This document shows, piece after piece, positions 54,038-64,000 of a stretch of 64,000 nt of DNA. This DNA is from Octopus sinensis (taxonomy: Eukaryota): positions 50,964,001 through 51,028,000 of the forward strand of contig NC_043004.1 in the NCBI RefSeq assembly GCF_006345805.1, written 5' to 3'. Each line of letters begins with the position of its first letter. The first letter of the stretch is position 1. Position numbers and translations under genes: made by a program. A model generated the notes under the pieces. That model was not told where the DNA came from, ran no database searches, and was given only the letters and a program-made list of their open reading frames with translations.

Positions 54038-54422
54038 AGCCAAAGTCGGAACAGATATTTTCACGAGGCATTTCCGACCCTGCCAAGGTAATATCTGACC
54101 TAAAATTTTCAAATCATCGCACTCGCGCCAAATTTATCGGCAGCAAATAAATATAAGCCGTCGATTCCATTACGGAATTAACCAGAAAATTCATAATTAA
54201 TCAATATAGGGTGCCAAAAAAAATTTTGTAGAATTATTTTGCCACCAGCGGCCTAGTGGGAAAAAATTAAATAGTCATAGACCATTTTTAAGTTCAACAT
54301 CAACAATCAAGGAACGGCCATAATAGGCCATTCACCCACTAGAAATAACAGCCAAAGCTTCAACCGCAAATAAAAATCAATTCCGTAAACCAGGAGAAAA
54401 TTTAAAAAACATTTACCCTGTA

Positions 54423-54526
54423 ATTTCTTATACGATGCACCGTTTCATCTGCTGTTTAATGGTAAACTAACTGATTAAATTAATCAAGCTAATCTTCCAT
54501 AGGCCCTCAGATTCTTCAGTAGAAAT
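54423..54526 (-). ncRNA. Type I hammerhead ribozyme, copy 2 (1-nt deletions in stem I and loop II)
   Basis: Core intact (tcttcag at 54513-54519; tacgatgcaccgtttcatctg). Confidence 0.72.
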
Positions 54527-54910
54527 AGCCCAGTCGGAACAGATATTTTCACGAGGCATTTCCGACCCTGCCAAGGTAATATCTGACCTAAAATTTTCAA
54601 ATCATCGCACTCGCGCCAAATTTATCGGCAGCAAATAAATATAAGCCGTCGATTCCATTACGGAATTAACCACAAAATTCATAATTAATCAATATAGGGT
54701 GGCAAAAAAAATTTTGTAGAATTATTTTGCCACCAGCGGCCTAGTGGGAAAAAATTAAATAGTCATAGACCATTTTTAAGTTCAACATCAACAATCAAGG
54801 AACGGCCATAATAGGCCATTCACCCACTAGAAATAACAGCCAAAGCTTCAACCGCAAATAAAAATCAATTCCGTAAACCAGGAGAAAATTTAAAAAACAT
54901 TTACCCTGTA

Positions 54911-55018
54911 ATTTCTTATACGATGCACACCGTTTCATCTGCTGTTTAATGGTAAACTAACCTGATTAAATTAAATCAAGCTAATCTTCCATAGCCCTCA
55001 GATTCTTCAGTAAGAAAT
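54911..55018 (-). ncRNA. Type I hammerhead ribozyme, copy 3 (2-nt insertion in the stem III loop)
   Basis: Core and stems I/II intact. Confidence 0.75.
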
Positions 55019-55227
55019 AGCCCAAGTCGGAACAGATATTTTCACGAGGCATTTCCGACCCTGCCAAGGTAATATCTGACCTAAAATTTTCAAATCATCG
55101 CACTCGCGCCAAATTTATCGGCAGCAAATAAATTTGGCGCGAGTGCGATGATTTGAAAATTTTAGGTCAGATATTACCTTGGCAGGGTCGGAAAAGCCTC
55201 GTGAAAATATCTGTTCCGACTTGGGCT

Positions 55228-55329
55228 ACTTCTTACTGAAAATCTGAGGCCTATGGAAGATGCTTGATTTAATTTAATCAGGTTAGTTTACCATTAAACA
55301 GCAGATGAAACGGTGCATCGTATAGAAAT
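55228..55329 (+). ncRNA. Type I hammerhead ribozyme, copy 4 (damaged: G8 missing)
   Basis: ctgaa-aatctg instead of ctgaagaatctg, plus several other small deletions. Confidence 0.5.
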
Positions 55330-55713
55330 TACAGGGTAAATGTTTTTTAAATTTTCTCCTGGTTTACGGAATTGATTTTTATTTGCGGTTGAAGCTTTGG
55401 CTGTTATTTCTAGTGGGTGAATGGCCTATTATGGCCGTTCCTTGATTGTTGATGTTGAACTAAAAATGGTCTATGACTATTTAATTTTTTCCCACTAGGC
55501 CGCTGGTGGCAAAATAATTCTACAAAATTTTTTTTGCCACCCTATATTGATTAATTATGAATTTTGTGGTTAATTCCGTAATGGAATCGACGGCTTATAT
55601 TTATTTGCTGCCGATAAATTTGGCGCGAGTGCGATGATTTGAAAATTTTAGGTCAGATATTACCTTGGCAGGGTCGGAAATGCCTCGTGAAAATATCTGT
55701 TCCGACTTGGGCT

Positions 55714-55820
55714 ATTTCTTACTGAAGAATCTGAGGGCCTATGGAAGATTAGCTTGATTTAATTTAATCAGGTTAGTTTACCATTAAACAGCAGATGAAA
55801 CGGTGCATCGTATAAGAAAT
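55714..55820 (+). ncRNA. Type I hammerhead ribozyme, copy 5 (intact); predicted cleavage after A55812
   Basis: ATTTCTTA 55714-21, CTGAAGA 55722-28, ATCTG 55729-33, CAGAT 55792-96, GAAA 55797-800, CGGTGCATCGT 55801-11, A 55812, TAAGAAAT 55813-20. Confidence 0.87.
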
Positions 55821-56050
55821 TACAGGGTAAATGTTTTTTAAATTTTCTCCTGGTTTACGGAATTGATTTTTATTTGCGGTTGAAGCTTTGGCTGTTATTT
55901 CTAGTGGGTGAATGGCCTATTATGGCCGTTCCTTGATTGTTGATGTTGAACTTAAAAATGGTCTATGACTATTTAATTTTTTCCCACTAGACCGCTGGTG
56001 GCAAAATAATTCTACAAAATTTTTTTTGGCACCCTATATTGATTAAATAT

Positions 56051-56100
<50 letters not shown>

Positions 56101-56230
56101 CGTATGCATGTATGTATGTATGTATGTATGTATGTATGTATGTATGTATGTATGTATGTATGTATGTATGTATGTATGTATTATGTATATATATGTATGT
56201 GTGTATTTGTGTGTGTATGTATGTGTATAT

Positions 56231-56362
56231 CAGCCGAAATTGCGAAGATGATCCGGTTCTTGACTGATGACTGAGAGCTTCGAATGTCCCGTCCTGTGGT
56301 TCTTGTGTCGTCTTCTAGGTGTTTCACGTCCTTGTCCCAGTTTGTATATATTTTTTACTTTT

Positions 56363-56365
<3 letters not shown>
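56231..56365 (+). repeat. Microsatellite-associated repeat family (copies at 62819-62945 +, 63505-63564 -, diverged 7548-7690 -)
   Basis: cagccgaaattgc...gatgatccggttcttgactga.ga...cttcgaatgtcccg...cttgtcccagtttgta, each running into (TA)n. Confidence 0.8.
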
Positions 56366-56407
<42 letters not shown>

Positions 56408-56417
56408 AGACAGAAAG

Positions 56418-57034
56418 ACGCAGGCGTGGCTGTGTGGTAAGAAGCTTGCTTCTAAAACATGGTTTATTTTCCGGTTCAACTGCGTGGCAATTTGAAGCAA
56501 GTGTCTTGTACTATAACCTCAGACCAACCAAAGCCTTGTGAGTGGATTTGGTAGACGGAAACAGATAAATCCGTCGTATATATATATATATATAGTTGAA
56601 ATTTATAGAAAAACAAAATTGAAGACAGGTGTATGAATAACAAGCAAGTGTATTAGTTTGACGCTCAGGAAAATGAAAAAGTTTTTCACGTTTCGAGCCT
56701 ATATATATATATGTGTGCGTGTGTGTGTATTTATGTATGTATGTATGTATTTATGTATGTAGTATGTATACGTATGTATACGTATGTATGTATGTATGTA
56801 TGTATGTATGTATGTATCTATGTATTTGTGCCTGTGTTGTGTCCGCCCACCATCAACACTTGACAACCGGTGTTAATACATTTACCTCCCCGTAACTTAG
56901 CGGTTCGGTAAAAAGGACCGATAGAATAAGTACTAAGCATGAAAAGTAATAAGACCTGGGGTTGATCTGTTTCACTAAAATCCTTCAAGGCGGTGTTCTA
57001 CTATGCCCGCAGTCAAATGACTGAAAAAGTAAAA

Positions 57035-57036
<2 letters not shown>
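56418..57036 (+). mobile_element. SINE family A, diverged, with an insertion in its central microsatellite
   Basis: gcaggcgtggctgtgtggtaag head; tail cagtcaaatgactgaaaaagtaaaag. Confidence 0.78.
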
Positions 57037-57076
<40 letters not shown>

Positions 57077-57213
57077 AGAAAATGGAGAAATATATCTAAA
57101 TCAATCATCAACTCTCAGATAATACCCAATCAATACTTCATTAAACCACTACATAATAGCAATGATATTATACATTAATATAGTACAAATATAACAAGAC
57201 ATAGAAATACATT

Positions 57214-57344
57214 TACATTGTAGCTCACAGCTGTTTCGGCCGCGAAGACAGGTATGTCTCATTTAACCTATTAGCCATATAAAGCAGGTATAAATGCGAC
57301 ATTAACAAGAATATCTCACGGCCTCTTCAGAGATTTTAATGCAA
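57214..57344 (-). ncRNA. Decayed type I hammerhead motif (ACAGCUGU stem III family)
   Basis: Minus strand CUGAAGA GGCCGUGA...UCGCGGCC GAAACAGCUGU G; 8-bp stem II, but N17 = G and the proximal stem I is weak. Confidence 0.55.
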
Positions 57345-58053
57345 GTAAGTACAAATCCTAAATAATTTACATATAAATATAAATATGTGTGCATACACAC
57401 TCATATTCTTACATATATATATATACACAATAATACAATATAAACAATATACATCAATATACATCAACAAACACAATAATGTTCCATATTGAACTCCACA
57501 GCTCCTCAACCAACATCAAGAAACCACAACAGACATACTCACACTCAATGCAGGCATATATATTAAACAGTCCCATATATTAAAATGTGTCATTTCACAA
57601 AAAGTCAATAAAGCTAATACCACCACCACGGTACCATCCAATGCAAGCGGACATCCGCATATATACGCAATCAGTCGAATTCCCCTGCCCGCATGGTATT
57701 AATTTACACAGATGGATTCGATTGGCCTATACTTTTAAATTTGAATTACAATAGAAATTTTACGGTTAGTTAGCTAGGAAACATACACACGCGCACGCAC
57801 ATCCACAAAGCGTGCGCACATACATACCTAGTTATATGTATACACACACACACCCACACACATACACACATACACACAGACATACCCACATACACAACCA
57901 AATCATAAATAAATAAATAAATAACATAAGAGGTACTATCGCAAACAGAGAAACTCAACCGATTGCACATACATGCATGCAGACATCCACCCGCCCCGGA
58001 CGGCACCTTGGCGGTGGTATATATATATATATATGTATATATACGCTCACACA

Positions 58054-58106
<53 letters not shown>

Positions 58107-58370
58107 TATTAAATAGCAGCAAAAAGATCGCGCAAACTGTTACTCAGAGTAACAGTTTTGCCGTTCATCGGACGGTTTTGTTTAGAAAGGAACAGAAATA
58201 AGGTTATAAGCAAACAAATACAATTAGTTCAATGGATGCACATTTGAAAATGGTTTTGTTTTATTGGTCCTTTCAACTAACGGTCTTTACAATGACCGGT
58301 TACATGAAATAAACAAATTTCAGTATATAATCATCTTATTATGAAATCAAAGAAAACCTTAAATAAAAAA

Positions 58371-58731
58371 AGGATCTTTTCTTTTTGATGGACGGAATTT
58401 TCTAGTTAACTAAACAATTTGAAACTTCGTATACTGGTAGAATGTGTCAAAAGAAAACATTATTGTAAACAAAATTGAAAACAAAATTGTAATTTGTAAG
58501 TTTAACGTAGTTTAATTCTTCGAATTTTAACCAATGAAATCCCAGCATTTGAGCTCAATTCAGTTCTGCGTCTAAGTAAACAGTACACACACTACGTTAA
58601 ACTTACAAATTACAATTTTGTTTTCAATTTTGTTTACAATAATGTTTTCTTTTGACACATTCTACCAGTATACGAAGTTTCAAATTTTTTAGTTAACTAG
58701 AAAATTCCGTCCATCAAAAAGAAAAGATCCT
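58371..58731. repeat. Inverted repeat, ~140-bp arms, ~79-bp spacer
   Basis: 58371-58511 is the near-perfect reverse complement of 58591-58731. Confidence 0.93.
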
Positions 58732-59311
58732 CAAAAAAAGCTAATAAAGAGGGACAGAGTCTAAATACACAGGGTAAATAATTAATTGTAAAATATTAAT
58801 CAATTAATACATTAAAAGGTATATCCGTTCAAAAAAGATGTTCACGTTGGATTACATATACATTTAGCAGCATATGCACATACCAAACCATCAATAATAT
58901 ACATATATACACTAAAACATACAGATGCATGTTTTAGTTTTTACAAGTCATTGTGGAGTTTCGACCTTTTTGCGTGTATCCTCAGTCAAAGACATCTTCG
59001 GTTCAATGATCTAATTACAGTACTGGCTCTTACGTGCACCGCATGAAATATGTGTGCATGCATACGTGTGTGTGTGTGTGTGCATACGCGTGTGTGTGTG
59101 TGCGTTTGTGTGTAACTAAATTAAATTTGTAAGGCACCAGTTACTGAGTGAGTAGATTAAATTGTTTATAAATTCGCATGCGGATGTTCACCCTGACCAT
59201 GTAAATAAGACCTTGATTTAGACAATAAGAACACGCAAGCTGAACTCAGGTTCAGTTCAGTTAATTTCGGTTGGTTTGTAACCGTTTCAATGTCTTCAAA
59301 TCAAATTTGTC

Positions 59312-59344
<33 letters not shown>

Positions 59345-60359
59345 AGAGAGAGGGAGGGGGACAGACAGATAGACATTCAAACAGACAGACAGAGAGAGAG
59401 AGAGAGAGAGACGGGTGAGATGAGAGAAACAGACAGGCAAAGAGAGAAGTTGTGAGAGACAGAACGAGAAAGAGAGAGACATTCAAACAGACAGATAAGT
59501 TAGAGAGGGAGAGAGAGAGAGAGAGAGGGGGGATAGAGATATAGAGAGGGTGAGAGATAGACAAATAGGCAACGAAAACTTGGCAAATAAGCAAACACAC
59601 TCTCTCTCTCTCACACACAAACGCACACAAACGCACACATGCACATACAAAGAACTAGAGGGAAAGTGAAAGTGGGGGAGAAGATAAAAAGCCAGCTTAT
59701 TTACATAAAGAATTTACGGAAGCAACAGGGAGGAGATGGTTGATCTCATTTGCATATCAGTTCATTCACGAGAAGCGTGTATTCATTATTAAAGTAATGT
59801 CCTTTCGCCGACAGCCTTGTTCTTAGTAGATCGTATGTACATTACTTTAAATACGTGTTTATTTAGCAAGAATCTATTTATTTAGCAAGGCCGAATGGTT
59901 GTTTGTTAAACATACTTCTGAATTTCACCTGCATATCTCTTTTATATCGCATATCGGAAGTTGACTCTTTTATTTTGTTTATCTTCTCACTGTGTAGAAT
60001 CAATGTTTTTTAACTCATAAATAATTTTAATTTATATCAATATTTGTATGAGCACGTCGGTAAGAAAGTTCTCACTAACACTTAATAATGATCATCTACC
60101 GTGGGGAGTAATGCATGAGTGTGTGTGTGTGTGTGTGTGTGTGTGCTCTCTCGCTCGCGCTGATATACAAGCATGTGTATGTATGTATGTATGTATGTAT
60201 GTATGTATGTATGTATGTATGTATGTATGCATACATACGCGTATATATAAATATGCATATATAGTTAATCCAAAAAAGAAAACAAAAAAACACAACAACG
60301 CGAGGACGTGGAACAAATAAAGTATTATTGGACGCTCAGGAAAGAAGGAAAGAAGGAGG

Positions 60360-60394
60360 GTTTAACGTTTCGAGCGGAGCTCTTCGTCGGAAAC
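60360..60394 (-). ncRNA. Very small hammerhead-variant motif of the Penelope-associated type
   Basis: Minus strand GUUU CCGACGAA GAGC ucc GCUC GAAAC GU U AAAC; decayed copy at 11451-11485. Confidence 0.5.
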
Positions 60395-60559
60395 ATAGGA
60401 GAAGGAAAGATCCAGAGAAGGGAAGACAGAGGAAAAAAATCGCCGACGGTACACACGAGGTCACATTTTGAAAGACCGGAAGGGAAAGGGTGAAGAAAGA
60501 TGTTTTCAAAGACAGAAGAGTAGTATAGTCAAAGACAGCAGAATGTTAGGAGGGGGAAT

Positions 60560-61444
60560 GTGTATGTAAGTGTGGATGTGTGCGTGCGCGGGGGTCTGCG
60601 TGTGCGCGCGTGTGTGTATATGTGCAATGATGACACGTGTATGTGTGTGTGTGTGCGTGTGTGTGTGCGTGTGTGTGTGTATGTGTGTGTGGTTGTAGCT
60701 GTAAACAACAGGCTAGTAGTAAGGCTGGCTAGTTTGTAAGAATAAGGAGTGGTGTTTTTTGTCCCTGTTACAGGTCAGTACTTTGAAGTATGTGTGTGTG
60801 TGCGTGTATGTATATGTATCGTGTGTGTTTTGTTTGTAGTGTATGTGTGTGTTCGTGTGTGTATGCGTAGAGTTTGGGTGTGTGGCGAATAACTGTGCTT
60901 TACTTAGTGTATGTGTGCGTGTGTGCTTGTACGTACGTATGTGTGTATATATATGTATGTATAATTGTGTGCCGTGTGTATGGGATGTATGCGTGGGTTC
61001 ATTTGTGTGTGTGTGTGTGTATGTGCGTGCGTGTCGTATGTGCGTGTATCCGTGGGGTTGTGAGTTTTGGGTGTGTGTATTGGTGTGCGTGTGTGCGTGC
61101 GTATGTATGCGCATGTTTGTGTGCGTATGTGTGTGTGTGTCTGTGCCTATATGTGTATACGTATGTGTATGTGTGTGTGCGCGTGTAGGCATATATTGTG
61201 TGTATGTATATGTATCGGTGTGTATGTGAATTTGTGTATGCGTGTGTGTGGGGTTTTTTGGGGAGTTGTGTGGGCGTAATGTGCGTGCGTGTGCGTGTGT
61301 GCGCTTACGTGCATGTATGTGTGTGTGTGTCTGTGCCCATGTGTGTATAAATGTGTGCGTATCTGTATGAGTATTGTTTGTTGGAGGTATATGTGGGCAT
61401 ATGTGCTGGTGTGTGTGTTTGTACGTGTGTATGTGTGTGCGTGT

Positions 61445-61497
<53 letters not shown>

Positions 61498-61545
61498 ACG
61501 TGCGTGCGTGCGAGTGAGTGTATGTATACATGTGCGTATGTGTAC
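60560..61545. repeat. Degenerate (TG)n/(TGTA)n low-complexity region
   Basis: Directly visible; the His/Thr and Cys/Val ORFs are artefacts. Confidence 0.9.
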
Positions 61546-61730
61546 AAATTCCGCCTAGGTCGACTTTGCCTTTCATCCTTTCGGGGTCGATAAATTAAGT
61601 ACCAGTTAGGCACTGGGGTCGATGTAATCGACTTAATACCTATGTCTGTCCTTGTTTGTTCCCTCTGTGTTTTAGCCCCTTGTGGGTAATAAAGAAATAG
61701 GTATTTCATCCGTCTTTATGCTCTGAATTA
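61546..61730 (+). mobile_element. SINE family B, 3' part
   Basis: aaattccgcc.aggtcgactttgcctttcatcctttcggggtcgataaattaagtaccag. Confidence 0.78.
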
Positions 61731-62226
61731 TTATTATTATTATTATTTGCTTGAAGTTTGGTACCTATTCTATTGTTCTCTTATTGCCGAATCGCTAAGT
61801 TACGGAGATGTAAGAACAGACTATAACACTGGTGGTTAAGCAGAAAGTCCCAAGGAAATAAGCAGACCTGACCAGTCGGAAGCGCATGGTAAGATACTAC
61901 TTTCGTCTCTCACATATTCTTTAAACCATACAGATGTACAACATGACCGAATTGTTATCTGACATTGTTATGAATGGAAATCAGAAATACTATTAACAAC
62001 GAAGACGTACAAGGAGATGGCAATCACCTGTGCAGGTGCAGTAATCACCATGTAAGTTTTCTCCTACTTTTAATTACTTGATATCTTCCTGTGCAGAGGG
62101 AGCCGGTCTCTAACAAAAATACAAAGCTCAGTCGTTGAAATGTAAGTAACAAAAAGAAATTCTTAACTTGAACTTGAGAAGAGACTTGCATATGCTTATT
62201 GTTCTGCTTACAGATTGTATTTGTAA

Positions 62227-62620
62227 CTAGCAGTATCGCCCGGCGTTGCTCGAGTTTGTAAGGGAAATAACTATATAAGCATATTTAGAGAGTTATAGCC
62301 AAAAAATAGCAAAAGATGCATTAAAAATGGAAAAAAATTATAGTAAATTTTTTTAAATCGTTGACTCATCGTAGACATTTTTAGAGAGTTACTTCCCTTA
62401 TTTAATAGCGAAAAAATGCATTAAAATGGAAAAAAATGATGGTAAATTTTTTTTTAAATCATAGACTCATCGTAGACGCACGCTAATACCCAGAAGGGCT
62501 CGATATGACTCACGACTATAAGATACCCGGTTTTGGTTAAACTGCACCGCAAAATGTGGGAGTAGTTAGAAATCTAAATCGTAGGAGACAGACACACAAC
62601 CTTACTTTTATATATAAAAA
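62227..62620 (-). mobile_element. Non-autonomous Helitron (~394 bp)
   Basis: Minus-strand 3' end: hairpin ctcgagcaacgccggg, 8-nt spacer, CTAG then T; 5' end t(c)tttatatataaaag-like after A; internal ~85-bp duplication. Confidence 0.78.
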
Positions 62621-63475
62621 TGTGCGAGTTACTTTGTTGATTTCTTTTTTTCTGAAACTCTCAGCTTATTCAGACTGTCACTTAGGCATGTACTCACAAA
62701 ACTAAATGCACTAATTATTACTGGTATAAATATGAATTCATAATCTGGGTATTGAAGCTGGAGATCCCGAAGTATTTGTTCATAGTTATCTTCTTTCTCT
62801 TTCATTTCCTTATATAATCAGCCGAAATTGCTAGGATGATCCGGTTCTTGACTGAAGATTGAAGGCTTCGAATGTCCCGACCGTGTTTTTTGTATCGTCT
62901 TCTAAATGTTTTACGTTCTTGTCCCAGTTTGTATTTTTCTACATATATATATATAAATATATATATATATATTATATATATATATATATATAATATATAT
63001 ATATAATTTCAACGGATTTTACCGAAAAAGCATAGTGTTACTGATTTTAACCCACGCTGGTGGAAAGGGGAGAGCAGAAATTCTTCGCTTGCATATTTTG
63101 GGTTTGCTGGCACTGTTAGTTTCGAGCAGATCTTCAGAAGCGATAAGAAGCCGAAAGGGTATGCTCCCACTTTCAGTGTTTTCAAATCCAAACCAAGGAG
63201 TTCTGAGCTGATGATAGAAATGTCGAGTTGACTAATCTTGAAACGTACATTCTCAATAACCTTTGCATTTGATTTTTTAATGTCTTTACCCCCATACTTT
63301 CGTGAGTTGAATTGAGCAAACACTATATGAGAGAGATTTTCTTTAAGTATTAGAAATAGTTTAAAAAAAGTTTTTTTAGCTACTATTTCTAATGAGTTCA
63401 GTATGTGGCAAAGTAATTTATTTTACTAAGCCCTTTTATATAATGTAATAATTTGAATATATATATATATAATAT

Positions 63476-63506
<31 letters not shown>

Positions 63507-63563
63507 GTAGAAAAATACAAACTGGGACAAGAACGTAAAACATTTAGAAGACGATACAAAAAA

Positions 63564-63627
<64 letters not shown>

Positions 63628-63714
63628 TATATATAGATATATATATATATATATATATAATATATATTATATATATATCTATATATATATATATATATAT
63701 AATATATATATATA

Positions 63715-63759
<45 letters not shown>

Positions 63760-63774
63760 ATATATATATATATA

Positions 63775-64000
63775 GTGGAGACGCGTGGCTTAGTGGTTAG
63801 GGTGTCAGTATCATGATCGTAAGATTGTAGTTTCGATTCCTGAACGGGCGACACGTTGTGTTCTTGAGCAAAACACTTCATTTCACGTTGCCCTAGTCCA
63901 CTCAGCTGGCAAAAATGAGTAACGCTGCGATGGACTGGCGTCCCGTCCAGCTGGGGAACACATACGCCATAGAAACCGGGAAACCGGGCCCATGAGCCTG
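63775..64000 (+). mobile_element. tRNA-derived SINE (runs off the window)
   Basis: gtggcttagtggttaggg A-box, gtttcgattcc B-box, then a ttgtgttcttgagcaaaacactt core. Confidence 0.75.

Larger units (their letters stand above)
53809..56046. mobile_element. Retrozyme-like tandem array, ~490-bp monomer, ~2.7 copies then ~1.9 inverted copies, in (TA)n
   Basis: Unit starts (caacaatcaaggaacggcc) at 53809, 54301 and 54789; inversion at 55118/55128; one hammerhead motif per unit; no ORF. Confidence 0.85.

Noticed and set aside
56263-56295. CTGATGA...CGAAT as a hammerhead (also 62852)
   Set aside because: GAAT instead of GAAA in both copies and no consistent stems I/II.
58955-58990. Minus-strand CTGAGGA...CGAAAC
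   Set aside because: The stem II closing pair mismatches and there is no stem III or NUH.
59740-59760. Octamer ATTTGCAT as an snRNA promoter element
   Set aside because: Single motif with no recognisable snRNA nearby.

Overview
Eukaryotic, AT-rich, microsatellite-dense genomic DNA; the SINE families and repeat landscape suggest an octopus/cephalopod (inference). It holds one host gene, a 4-exon Kruppel-like factor of the KLF10/KLF11 (cabut) group on + (CDS 17660-17716, 33074-33256, 34447-35170, 37101-37336; 399 aa). Mobile DNA includes an internally deleted Helitron, a full-length frameshifted mariner, a 5'-truncated RTE LINE with a PHD-like finger, an older RTE remnant, many tRNA-derived SINEs, MITEs and non-autonomous Helitrons. 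Most ORFs in the supplied track are microsatellite artefacts. The main finding is at 53809-56046: a ~490-bp head-to-tail repeat sitting in (TA)n that folds back on itself, with a type I hammerhead ribozyme in each unit (CUGAAGA / GAAA / GUA, palindromic stem III). This is a candidate retrozyme (circular-RNA retroelement). Other, unrelated hammerhead-bearing repeats lie nearby (52930-52975 with a U3-A8 core, 57214-57344, 60360-60394). All RNA structures were read by eye and none has been tested.
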